Notes: generated by a model from the sequence alone, not told the origin. A stretch of 64,000 nucleotides of DNA from an uncultured Acidobacteriota bacterium (GCA_963750995.1 CAVVST010000005.1:347988-411987); one strand, 5' to 3'; positions 50,001 to 60,265 are shown, numbered from the stretch's first letter. Numbers and translations are program-made.

Positions 50001-50825
50001 GTCGCGGGTGCGGATGTTGACCTTGCTGTTGGAGTTCCAGTCCGAACTGCGCTCGACGTCGTAGAGCGAGCCGCGGAACTGGTTGGTGCCGCTCTTGGTT
50101 ATCGCGATGACGTGCACGCCGCTCGAACGGCCGAACTCCGCCTGATAGGTCGACGACAAGACCTTGACCTCGCCGATCGACTCGACGTTCATCTGCAACG
50201 CCGGCCTGTTGCTGGCGACGTCCATCGTCGAGATGCCGTCCATGAGAATGTTCGGCGCGCCGCCACCGCCGATGCGATTCGGCTGGATGCCCGCGTTCAC
50301 GTTGCCGCCAATCGCCGCCGTGACGCCGGGCGCCAATGCGGCGAGGCTGGTGAAGCTTCGATTGGCAATCGGTAGACTCTCGACCGTGTTCGTCGTCACC
50401 GTGAAGGAACGCTCGCCGCTCTGCGACTGCACGAGAGCGGCCTCGGCCGTGACGGTGACGGATTCGGCGAGCCCTCCCACTTCAAGCGTGATTCCACCGA
50501 GGCTCGACCGGTCGCCACCCGAGATCGCGATGCCGGTCCGGCGGACCGTCTGAAATCCTTCGAGGCTGACTTCAAGTGCGTACGTGTCAGGCGCGAGGTT
50601 TGGAAAGAAGAACTCACCGACCGTGTCGGTGACCACCGCCGGCACGGTGATGCCGCGGGTTTCGCTGGTCAGTACCACCGTGGCGCCCGGGATGGCGCCA
50701 CCCTGAGAATCCCGCACCGTGCCCGACAACGTCGCCGTAGTCAGCTGCGCGCTGGCATCGGCGACGGTCGTGACCAACAATGCGAGCGCAGTGACCAGAA
50801 CACTCATCCGGCGTGTCGCGTTCAT
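47051..50825 (-). pseudogene. TonB-dependent receptor TBDR3 (carboxypeptidase-regulatory type), at least five frameshifts as read
   Basis: MNATRRMSVLVTALALLVTTVADASAQ...GTVRDSQGGAIPGATVVLTSETRG. Fragments 49668.., 49056.., 48553.., 47943.., 47051... C-terminus SVQLQLRFGF*. Confidence 0.75.
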
Positions 50826-50937
50826 TTGGACTCTCCTCTCCGGGGTGTTCGGTCCGACATCGTAGGTGGCAATGGACGTTCTGCCGAGGATGGTCGCGGA
50901 AGCCGACGCGAGGGCCACGAGGCCGCGTCGGAACAGC

Positions 50938-51702
50938 TCATCGTTCCCAGTATTTGTCCGTCAGGAACTCGCGGTTGGGCGGAGCATCCGGCGGATCGAC
51001 GACAGCCGGCGCAACATACCGCCCCAACTTGAAGCTGTAGGTATGCGGCTTGAGAAATACCGCCGGGTCCATCCAGGTGAACGTGATCTCTATCGTGTTG
51101 CGGTCGAGCAACTCGAAGCGCTCCACGAGCCGCGTCGTCTCGATCGCCACACCGCCTCCGGGCACACGGCTGGTCGTCCAGCGGACGTCACACATGCGGC
51201 CCCAGCCCGGAAACCCATACGTGTCGACCACCAAGGCACGCCCATCCCACTTGCCTACAGAATGTCCGAGTGCCGTCGGCTTATAGTCGGAGCTCTTGGT
51301 ATCTGGATGCGGACGCCCATCCGTGTAGATCACGCGACCCGCCAACATCACCGCCGCAGGGCCGACCTCGAGCGTCTTCGGATTTGATTGCGCCATGAAC
51401 ATCGACAAACTGGTTCCCTGTACGCAGTCTGTGCGATCGCGGTTGGCATTGGTGTTCACGACGTTACCGGCGCGCACGTTTTCCTGCACCGCGCGCTGGT
51501 ACTCCTTCACTTTCTCCGGGACTTCCGCCTGTGGGAAGTACTTCCCCTCCATGAAGGCCGTCCAGGTACCGGAACCCGAATCCTGAACGATCCATTCGCC
51601 GTTGAGATCCTCTAAGGTCAGTGGCGCGGCCGGCTGCTGGGCCTGGACCGTCGCGGCAGCTGCTGAAAGCGCGAACGCCGTGGCAAGGCGCAAGATCGAC
51701 AT
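50938..51702 (-). CDS. family-B secreted protein (B9), intact
   Basis: Signal peptide MSILRLATAFALSAAAATVQAQ. LNGEWIVQDSGSG, VIYTDGRPHPD, TALGHSVGKWDGRALVVDTYGF and LVERFELLDRNTIEITFTWMDP. Confidence 0.8.
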   Translation of the reverse strand: MSILRLATAFALSAAAATVQAQQPAAPLTLEDLNGEWIVQDSGSGTWTAFMEGKYFPQAEVPEKVKEYQRAVQENVRAGNVVNTNANRDRTDCVQGTSLSMFMAQSNPKTLEVGPAAVMLAGRVIYTDGRPHPDTKSSDYKPTALGHSVGKWDGRALVVDTYGFPGWGRMCDVRWTTSRVPGGGVAIETTRLVERFELLDRNTIEITFTWMDPAVFLKPHTYSFKLGRYVAPAVVDPPDAPPNREFLTDKYWER

Positions 51703-51721
51703 GATGATCTGCCTCCCTCTG

Positions 51722-52138
51722 CTATTCGATGCCCGGCACCGGCCGAGCGATGTCGCGATAGAGCCGGTTGCCGTTGGCGAGCGTCACGTAAAAGAGCGAT
51801 GCGCCCTTCTCCCCGTTACGAAGCGGATTCGCCCTCAACTCGATCGAATCGCCGGGCTTCAAGGCCGCCCGCGTCCAGCCTTGTGCAGCCATGGTCACCA
51901 CGCTGGCGCTCTCGATGTCCCACTCGCCAACCCACGTGGATTCGACACCGGGCCCCGCGGCCACCTGCAAAATGATGTGCGCGTGAGGATTGATCCAGTG
52001 GAACTCGGTCACCGTCCCCTTCAAGGTGATGAAGCGGTCCAGGTCGAACATCGCAAACGAATGATGCGCCCTAACGGGCACCACCGTGGCGCAGACAGCT
52101 AGCACGGCTAAACTCCATCGAATCACGTCCCGTCTCAT
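51722..52138 (-). CDS. family-A small secreted protein (A5; DUF6152-like), intact
   Basis: MRRDVIRWSLAVLAVCATVVPVRA|HHSFAMFDLD...EFHWINPHAHI...LKPGDSIEL. Confidence 0.8.
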   Translation of the reverse strand: MRRDVIRWSLAVLAVCATVVPVRAHHSFAMFDLDRFITLKGTVTEFHWINPHAHIILQVAAGPGVESTWVGEWDIESASVVTMAAQGWTRAALKPGDSIELRANPLRNGEKGASLFYVTLANGNRLYRDIARPVPGIE

Positions 52139-52305
52139 CGTTGTGCTCCCCTCTGTCTTTCGCGCCGCGGCCTTCCACCAGGGGCCCACGCGTCGTCCTC
52201 AAAAAACCTTGCTCGTGCCCGCGAAGCACCTGCATTCTGCGGCGTCAGCCGCAACGTGTCCGACCGGAGGCTTGGACCGATCTATCGCTGATCACAATCA
52301 GGCAG

Positions 52306-52322
52306 TGATAATACCAATATGG
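52306..52322. promoter_or_regulatory. candidate operator TGATAATACCAATATGG (copy 1 of a 17-nt direct repeat)
   Basis: Shares TG(A/G)TA..ACCAATAT with 52450..52466. Lies in the AT-richer 400-nt region between the divergent A5 and manD-like genes. Confidence 0.3.
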
Positions 52323-52449
52323 CGACCGGAACATAGTCGATTCGAGGCGGTGGTGTCAATTGCGCGCAGGACATGCTAGAAAATGAGAAACCCATCGCCA
52401 AATCGTGCTGGAGCCGTTCTTGACGGCCGCAGTGGCGTCAGGTAGCGTG

Positions 52450-52466
52450 TGGTATCACCAATATCC
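52450..52466. promoter_or_regulatory. candidate operator TGGTATCACCAATATCC (copy 2; core TGGTATCACCA fits the FadR-type GntR pattern TnGTnnnACnA)
   Basis: About 80 nt upstream of the manD-like start at 52547. Confidence 0.35.
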
Positions 52467-52546
52467 ATAGAAGGCTTGTTGGGATACGTTCTCTTCTGCT
52501 ACCGTATCGCCGGACTCACTGCTTGGCACCCCTCTGGAGAGCACCC

Positions 52547-53814
52547 ATGAGTGATCGCGGCGCCGTCGCGGCTGCAGCCGAGGCTCTGCAGCTTGGTACA
52601 ACTTCCAGCCTGAAAATCACCGATGCACAGGTGTTCGTTTGCTCTCCAGGGCGGAACTTCGTCACCCTGAAGATCTACACGGACGGCGGCATCTACGGCC
52701 TCGGTGACGCGACGCTCAACGGACGCGAGCTGGCGGTCGCCAGTTACCTCACCGATCACGTGATTCCCTGCCTGATCGGGCGCGATCCGTTTCAGACCGA
52801 AGACATCTGGCACTACCTCTACCGCGGCGCTTACTGGCGCAAGGGGCCGGTGACGATGGGCGACTTCAGCGCCGTCGACGTCGCGCTCTGGGACATCAAG
52901 GCCAAGGCGCTCAACACGCCGCTTTACAATCTGCTCGGCGGCAAGGTCGCGCACCGGGGTGATGGTGTACGGGCACGCCAACGGCGGCGTCGATCGCGGA
53001 GACCTCGAGGAGGTGCGCGGCGACGTCGAACAGGGAGTATCTCGCGGTGCGCGCGCAATGCGGGATGCCCGGCGTGCCGGCACCTACGGGGTCTCGAAGG
53101 GGAAGCCGTCTACGAGCCGGCGAAGCGAGCAGCCGGACGAAAACCCTTGGTCATCGGAGGGGTATATGCGCCACGTGCCGAAGTTGTTCGAGCGCCGCCG
53201 GACGCAGCTCGGCGAGGACCTGCACCTCCTCCACGACGGTCACCATCGCCTGACGCCGATCGAGGCCGCGACGGGTCGGCAAGGACCTGGAGCCATATCG
53301 GCTGTTCTGGCTGGAGGACGCCGGCACGGCCGAGTTGCAGGAGGGATTCCGGACCGTCCGCCAGCACACGACCACGCCGCTCGCGGTCGGCGAGATGTTC
53401 GATCGGTCTGGGACGCGAGGCAGCTCATCACGGAGCAGCTGATCGACTATCTGCGGATGTCGGTCCGCGCCGGTGGCATTACGGAGCGATGAAGATCGCC
53501 GCGTTGGCCGATCTCTACCACGTGCAGATCGGCTCGCACGGCGCCACCGACTTGTCGCCGGTGATGATGGGCGCGGCACTGCGCTTCGACATATCCACGG
53601 AGCAACGTCGCCATCCAGGAGTTCATGCGCCACACGCCGGAGACGCTCGACGTCTTCCCGCGCGCCCTCTCGTATGCCGACGGCTACATGCAGCCAGGCG
53701 ACGCGCCGGGCCACGGCGTCGACTTCGACGAGGGAGCTCGCGGCACGCTACCCGTACAAGCGTGCCTACCTTCCGGTGAACCGGAAGCTCGATGGCACGC
53801 TCTGGAACTGGTAG
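52547..53814 (+). pseudogene. manD: D-mannonate dehydratase of the enolase superfamily (ManD-type), several frameshifts as read
   Basis: [83 protein letters not shown]... is the hallmark ManD N-terminus. Later fragments ([52 protein letters not shown]) are in other frames. Confidence 0.75.
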
Positions 53815-54469
53815 CGGCACGCGGACCAGACAAACCGCTGCCATCCGCGGCCTGGGTGTCGTCGCGGTGGTGCGCGTCACCGGCCGACCGCACGCGCCTG
53901 CGCCCGGCGCTCGACGCGATTGGCGAGGGGGGCGTCTCGGGCGATCGAGATCACCACGACGGTGCCCAACGCGATCGAGCGTGATTCGCGAGCTGGCGCG
54001 CACGCTGCCTGCCGCGGGGCTGCTTGGCGCCGGCACCGTGGCTCGACGTGGCAACCGCGCGGGCGCCGCGATCGATGCCGGCGCGCGGTTCGTCGTCAGC
54101 CCGGGGTTCCGTCGCGCGCTGATCGAGGAAGCCACGAGCGCCCGATGCGCCGATGATGCCCGGATGTTTCTCCCCAACCGAGATCGTGACGGCCTGGGAG
54201 GCGGGCGCCGACATCGTCAAGGTGTTCCCCGCCACGCGCTCGGGCCCGGGGCTACATCGAACTTGCGCGGACCGTTTCCGGCAATCAAGGTGATGCCGAC
54301 CGGCGGCGTGTCCCCCGAGAACGCCGGCGACTGGATTCGTGCCGGCGCGAGGCGGTCGGTGCCGGCGCGGCGCTGGTCGACGAAGGCGGCGATGTGGGCG
54401 GCGGCGAGCGCGAGTGCGCGAGAACGCCGACGAATGCGCGGGGAGTGCGCGCCGCCCGAGGGGACGTGA
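53792..54469 (+). pseudogene. eda: 2-dehydro-3-deoxyphosphogluconate (KDPG) aldolase, multiple compensating frameshifts as read
   Basis: Fragments GVVAVVRV, AIEITTTVPNAIE, LLGAGTV, AIDAGARFVVSPG, GADIVKVFPA, LRGPFPAIKVMPTGGV and WIRAGA appear in the canonical Eda order but alternate between frames. Confidence 0.65.
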
Positions 54470-55519
54470 TGAGCGCATCCGTCGTGACGTTCGGCGAGAT
54501 CATGCTGCGCTTCAGCCCGCGTGGCTTCGAACGATTACTGCAGTCGCCGGGGGCCTTCTCGGCCACCTTCGGCGGCGGGGGAAGCAAACGTCGCGGTCAG
54601 CCTCGCGCAGTTCGGGCTGCGGCAGCCGCTTCGTGAGCTGCCTGCCTGCGAATCCGATCGGCGACGCCGCCATTCGCAGAGCGCTGCGTGCCGAGGGGAT
54701 CGACGTCGGCAGCATCCACACGTTCCGGATCGAGGGGGTCGGGATCTATTTCGCGGAAAACGGCGCCAGTCAGCACCCTCGACCGTGGTGTACAGCCGGG
54801 CCCGCTCCGCGATCGGCGAGATGACCCGGCGGACGCGATCGACTGGCCCGCCGCCCTGGACGGCGCGGCCTGGTTCCACTTCACCGGCATTACGCCGGCG
54901 CTCGGAGCGCCAACAGCCGCATCGGCCACCGCCGCCGCCCTCGCCGCGGCCCGCGCAGCGGGAGCGCGCGTCAGCGTCGACCTGAACTTCCGGCGTAAGC
55001 TGTGGACGGAGGCGCGCGCGCGAGAGGTGATGATCCCGCTGGTGCGCAATGTCGACCTGGTGATTGCCAACGAGGAGGACCTGCAATCGGTCCTCGCCAT
55101 CGAGGTACAGAGAGGGACGTGACGGCCGGGGAGCTCGACGTCCGCGCATTCGAGGGCGCCGCCCGGCAGGTCGCGCGTGACTTCTTTGCGTCGGACGCGT
55201 GGCCGTCACGCTTGCGCGAGAGCCGTTCGGCGAGCGACAACGGATGGAGTGCCGTGCTCTGGGACGGTGCATACGGGAGCGCTGGTCCGCAGCCAGGCGT
55301 TACGAGGTTCGCCTGGTCGATCGGATCGGCGGGGGCGACAGTTTTGCGGCGGGGTTGATCTATGGGCTGGTGACGGGGCGATCTCCGGACGACGCGTTGC
55401 GGTTTGCGGTGGCTGCGAGCGCGCTCAAGCACACCGTTCCGGGGGACTTCAACCGCGTGACGGTAGATGAGGTCGATCGGCTGGCGGTCGGAGACGGGTG
55501 CGGACGCGTGCAGCGATAG
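54469..55519 (+). pseudogene. kdgK: 2-dehydro-3-deoxygluconokinase (PfkB family), several frameshifts as read
   Basis: VVTFGEIMLRFSP, GGGEANVAVSLAQFG, GIYFAENGASQ, WFHFTGITPAL, VSVDLNFRRKLW, NVDLVIANEED and [16 protein letters not shown] in the canonical order across frames. Confidence 0.7.
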
Positions 55520-55557
55520 CCCAGCTATCATCTTCATCTCCTGAAGGAGTGACAGTC

Positions 55558-56493
55558 ATGCCATACACAAGACGTGAGCTCGGACGAATGGCGCTCGCCG
55601 CGATCCCGGCGGCGCGGATCGTCGGCGCGCCGGCCGTGTTCGCCCGCCAGGCGAAGCCGGACTCGAAGGTCCGCGGTGTCACGATCGGCATGAACGTTCC
55701 CTACAACTTCGGCCCGGGCCCGAACACACCGCCTCGTGGAGCCGCTTGGGGCAACGGCCGCAACGCCCCGGTCGACGAGATCATCCAGAACTGCGTTACG
55801 CTCGGCATCAGCGGACTCGAGTTGCGGACGCAGCCGGTCGAGTCGTTCCTCGGCGCCCCGGCGCAGCCGGCTGCCGCGGAACTGCAGAAGTGGCGGCTGT
55901 CGGCGTCGATGGCCCCGGTTCGTGCGCTCCGGAAGCGCTTCGAGGATGCCGGCGTCCTGATCGAGATCGTCAAAGTGGACGACATCTTCGACATGCCCGA
56001 CGCCGTCGTCGACTACCAGTTCGAGCTCGCGAAGAATCTCGGCGCGCGCGCCATCTCCACCGAGATTGCGGAAGAGGGTCCGCGCCGCCTCGGCCAGTTC
56101 GCTGATAAGCACAAGATCATGGTTGGCTACCACGGCCATGCCGAGACCTCCATGGCCGACTTCGAGAAACTCTTCGGCTACGCGGCGCACAACGGCGCGA
56201 ACCTCGACATCGGGCACTTCGTCGCGGGGCAGAACATGTCCCCGCTGCCGTTCATGCAGCGGCACCATGCCCGCATCACCCACATCCACGTCAAGGATCG
56301 CAAGCGCAATGGCGGACCGAACATGCCGTTCGGCCAGGGTGACACGCCGATCACGGAGGTGCTGCAGGCGATCAGGGATAATCGCTGGAATATCCAGGCG
56401 ACGATCGAGTTCGAATATCCGGTACCTCCAGGCTCCGATCGGATGACTGAGCTCAAGCGGTGCGTGGACTACTGCCGTGCCGCGCTGGCATGA
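55558..56493 (+). CDS. Tat-exported xylose-isomerase-like TIM-barrel protein T3 (intact)
   Basis: AAGGAG RBS. MPYTRRELGRMALAAIPAARIVGAPAVFA (twin-Arg). HIHVKDRKRNGGPNMPFGQGDTPITEVLQAIRDNRWNIQATIEFEY. Confidence 0.85.
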   Translation: MPYTRRELGRMALAAIPAARIVGAPAVFARQAKPDSKVRGVTIGMNVPYNFGPGPNTPPRGAAWGNGRNAPVDEIIQNCVTLGISGLELRTQPVESFLGAPAQPAAAELQKWRLSASMAPVRALRKRFEDAGVLIEIVKVDDIFDMPDAVVDYQFELAKNLGARAISTEIAEEGPRRLGQFADKHKIMVGYHGHAETSMADFEKLFGYAAHNGANLDIGHFVAGQNMSPLPFMQRHHARITHIHVKDRKRNGGPNMPFGQGDTPITEVLQAIRDNRWNIQATIEFEYPVPPGSDRMTELKRCVDYCRAALA

Positions 56494-57368
56494 GCTCGTC
56501 GCCTGCCGCGCCGCGCCTCGCGGCCATCACCGACGAGTTCTCGCACGACCTCGACGTCGCGCTGGACGCGATGGCGGACGTCGGCATGACCGGCGCCGAG
56601 CTCCGGATCATCGGTGGCCGTAACATCATCGAGCTGGACGACGACGAGATCGCGCGCGTGCGTTCCGCGGTGGAGCGGCGCGGCATGGCCGTGGTCGCAA
56701 TCGCGTCGCCGGTGCTCAAGTGCGTCCTGCCGGATGGTCCGCCGCTCGATCCGCGCGTCCAGCAGGATGTGTTCGGCTCGCGCTACGTGTTCGAGGATCA
56801 GCCACGCCTGGCGGGGCGGGCCTTCGAGATTGCCGAACAGACCGGCGCGGCCATCGTCCGCGTCTTCTCCTACTGGCGCACCAACGCGCCGGCCCGGTGC
56901 CACGACCGCATCGTCGAGGCGCTGTCACACCTTGCCGACGAAGCGCGGGAGCGCGGGCTCACCATCGGCCTCGAGAACGAGCACGGTTGCAACGTCGGCA
57001 CCGGCGCCGAGACCGCCCAGATTCTCAAGTCGCTCGACCATCCCGCGCTTGGCGTGATATGGGATCCGGCCAACGCATACGTGCTGGGCGAAACGCCGTA
57101 TCCCGACGGCTACGCGGCGCTGTTACCTCGCTGGATCGTTCATGTGCACGCGAAGGACTGTCACGCGCGCAACTACGTACCGACCTGGGGCCCGATAGGC
57201 ACGATGGCGATCGACTGGATGGGCCAGCTCGCCGCGCTGGCCCGGGATGGCTATACGGGCTGGATCAGCTTGGAGACACATTGGCGGGGCGACGATGGCC
57301 TCGAGGCGAGTCGAATCTGCGGCCGTACGCTGCACGCCATGATGTCGGGTGCGGGACCTTCACGCTGA
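56490..57368 (+). CDS. xylose-isomerase-like TIM-barrel protein (sugar phosphate isomerase/epimerase family), cytoplasmic
   Basis: ATGA overlap with the upstream stop. LENEHG, WDPANA, HVHAKD and SLETHW motifs. Confidence 0.8.
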   Translation: MSSSPAAPRLAAITDEFSHDLDVALDAMADVGMTGAELRIIGGRNIIELDDDEIARVRSAVERRGMAVVAIASPVLKCVLPDGPPLDPRVQQDVFGSRYVFEDQPRLAGRAFEIAEQTGAAIVRVFSYWRTNAPARCHDRIVEALSHLADEARERGLTIGLENEHGCNVGTGAETAQILKSLDHPALGVIWDPANAYVLGETPYPDGYAALLPRWIVHVHAKDCHARNYVPTWGPIGTMAIDWMGQLAALARDGYTGWISLETHWRGDDGLEASRICGRTLHAMMSGAGPSR

Positions 57369-58379
57369 GAGCGACACCCGTTCCCCGCTCCTGCACGAGC
57401 GGTAGATCGCGTCGACCAACTCGAGCGCCGCGTAGCCCTCGTCGCCGCCAACTAGAGGACGTTCCCCGGATTCAATCGACCGGGCAAAGTCGCGGAACTG
57501 CCGCTCAAACGGGTCCAGCGAGATCGCCATCGGATCGGACGCGCCCGAGGCGACGTCGCTCGCGAGCGGCGGAGCCTCACCCTCGTCATCGCGCACATCC
57601 CAGCGCGTCAGCCGATCGCCCGTCACCACGGCGGTGCCCTTCGTGCCATGGACCTCGATGCGCTCCGGATAGCCGGGCCAGAAGGCGGTGGAGGCCTGGA
57701 GCACGCCCGTGGCCCCCTGCTCGAAGCGAATCACGGCTGTGAGCACATCCTCCGACTCGATGCTGTGCGCGGCGCCGAGCTGCCACGCGCCGAACACCTC
57801 GCGTACCGGGCCCGCAAACCAGCGAAGCAGATCCACCTGGTGGATCGCCTGGTTGATCAGCGCGCCTCCTCCCTCGACCGCCCACGTCCCCTTGATCGGA
57901 CGCGCATAGTATTCGGGTGAGCGATACCACTTCACATAGGCATCGACCTGGAGGAGCCGGCCGAGCCGCCCTGCCGCCAGCGCCGTGGCGAGGAATTGAC
58001 TGGATTCGTCGAAGCGATGCTGGCTGACGACGCCGAGCACGATGCCCGCCCGCCTGGCGGTGTCGACAATCATCCGGCGCGCCGTCTCGAGCGTTGTCGC
58101 GATCGGCTTCTGCACCTGGACGTGCCGTCCGTGCGCGGCGCACGCCTCGACCGCCTGCAGGCGGAAGTCGGGCAGCGTGAGGACGTCGACGAAGTCGAGG
58201 CCCGGATGCGCACACACCTGTGTGTAGTCGCCGACCACGGTCAGCCCGTGGCGCGCGGCGAAACGCTCGGCCGCGTCGCGATTGACGTCCGTGCAGACGC
58301 GCAGCTCGAAGCCGAGGCGCTGGTAGACCTGTGCGTGCAGGCTGGCGATGGCGCCGGTCCCGATGATACCGACTCTCAC
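57360..58379 (-). CDS. Gfo/Idh/MocA family oxidoreductase
   Basis: MRVGIIGTGAIASLHA Rossmann start and a QKPIA motif. 339 aa, intact. Confidence 0.85.
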   Translation of the reverse strand: MRVGIIGTGAIASLHAQVYQRLGFELRVCTDVNRDAAERFAARHGLTVVGDYTQVCAHPGLDFVDVLTLPDFRLQAVEACAAHGRHVQVQKPIATTLETARRMIVDTARRAGIVLGVVSQHRFDESSQFLATALAAGRLGRLLQVDAYVKWYRSPEYYARPIKGTWAVEGGGALINQAIHQVDLLRWFAGPVREVFGAWQLGAAHSIESEDVLTAVIRFEQGATGVLQASTAFWPGYPERIEVHGTKGTAVVTGDRLTRWDVRDDEGEAPPLASDVASGASDPMAISLDPFERQFRDFARSIESGERPLVGGDEGYAALELVDAIYRSCRSGERVSLSA

Positions 58380-58389
58380 TGTTGATCTC

Positions 58390-60265
58390 CTATGAACGGC
58401 GCAGGTGCGTGGCCGCGCCGCGGAAGAACTCGCCGGCCGCCGCCAGACTGGCGTCGCTGAGGTCCTTGAGAAGGATCGCCACGACGGGCCGCTTCCGGCG
58501 CGCGAGCGCGATCCGGGTCGCGAGGAACTGGGCGGCGTGATACGCCGCGTCGCAGCCGATCGCCTTGATCTCCTCGTGGGCGCGCGACATCAGGATGGTC
58601 GAAGAGCAGCGCCCGTGGCCGATGACCATCTCGTGGTACGAATGATTCATGGCGGGGCCTTCGTAGACGTCGGCCGGCATCGACAGGGCGCGCCGGAATA
58701 CACCGGGCGGCGCCTTCGAGCACCGTCCGCATCCTGCGGCCTGCAGGACGGTACCTGGAGATCGCCGAAGAAGGTGAGCTCGCCGTAGATCCACGCGCCG
58801 CTCAGCGGCGAGCGCGCGCAGCAGCTGCGCATATATCCGCGGGGCGGTGTTCGAGCGGCAGTCCACGGGAACGTCGGAGGGCCTCGAAATACAGCGTCAG
58901 GCGCCCGCGCCACGCGGCCTGGCGCGGCGAAGCGCTCATCGCGCGCCAGGCGCTGGTTCGCGTGATGCCTCCGGCGCGCTCCGCCTCAGCGTGGATCTCC
59001 GCCGCGATGCTCTTGTACAGCTCGACCCCCGGCTGGGTAACAAAGTTCATGTCGCGCAGATACGCGAGGGCGAACACCATGTGATGAACGGTCTGCATGT
59101 ACCCGGAGAGCGGCGTTCGCGATGGCATCTGCAGTGACGCAACCGGATATCCCGCTCGCCTCAATACGGCAGCACCATCGCCGGCATCGCCCGGCGATCG
59201 AATCACGAGGAAGCGCGATCCTGCGCCGGATCGGCAGCGGCTCGATAACGTGCGGCGCCAGGCTTCTCGTCGATGACGATCTTGATGCCGAGCGCCTCGC
59301 TCTTGCCGAGGCTCTCTTCCACGGCTTGCTTGGTCCAGAGCGCCGCGCCGCGCCACGGGCGGCGCAGCAGCAGCGTGACCTTGTCGCGGCCGGCGAGCCC
59401 GGCGGCGTGCAGGAACGAGGCCAGCCGCCACGCGGTCATCACCTCGTCGTCGGTGAGCGACGTCGCGCGGATGCCCACCGCGCGCAGGTCGACGCCGGCA
59501 AGCGCCAGCGGCAACAGCAATCCGCGCGTCAGCGGCGAGCTGTGCCGCCCGGACGTCGTGTGACGGCCGTCGAGTTGCAGCGGCACGCGCCGATACGCGC
59601 GCGGCGCGGCGAACTGGTCGAGGATCGAGCCAGGCAGATCGGTCCAGAAAGTTCGTGCGGCTGTCGATCCCGTAACGCTCGAACAACCGGGTGAGCCGCT
59701 CCAGATTCACCACCGGTTCGTAGGACGTCATGCCGAGCGCCATCCCCACGACGAGCGTCGAACGGAGCGCCTCGCGAAGCGGCCGCCGCGAGCGCCCCTC
59801 GATGTCATCGAGAATCGCGCGCAGTTTACCCGGATCGGTGGAATCGAGGGCGTAGAAGCGGATCCGGCGCCGCAGTAGCCCGGCGGCGGCGTAGGCGCTC
59901 TTGTCCTCCACCGAGCCGCCCATGCCCGCCCAGATCCAGTGGTAGCGCAGCGGGACGCCCTGCGCCGCCTTCAGCTGGCTGCGGATCTCGGCGACCTCCG
60001 ACACCACCTGGTCCGGCCACTCCGGACGCACGGCGGCCTGCCACGCCAGGTCGAACACGCCGTAGCCGTTGCGCACGACCCGTCCGCCACCGTCGAGCTC
60101 CATGCCGAGCGCGATGAGTGGTTCGTCGGCCGCGCGCAGCGACTCGAGCCCGTGGCGCTGCGCGCGCACGGTGAGCGCGCGCAGCCGCCGCAGGACGCGC
60201 TCCTCCCGGAACCGCGCGAAGTGCCGTTCGCCGCCGGCGGCCTCGTTGAACAGCGCGAGGCGCAT
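58390..60265 (-). pseudogene. SIS / phosphoglucose-isomerase-like protein, several frameshifts as read
   Basis: WIWAGMGGSVEDKS and TLVVGMALGMTSYEP resemble the PGI GxGGS and SKSGxTxE blocks. Fragments in track ORFs 58802.., 59203.., 58647.. and 58390.. are collinear. Confidence 0.4.
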
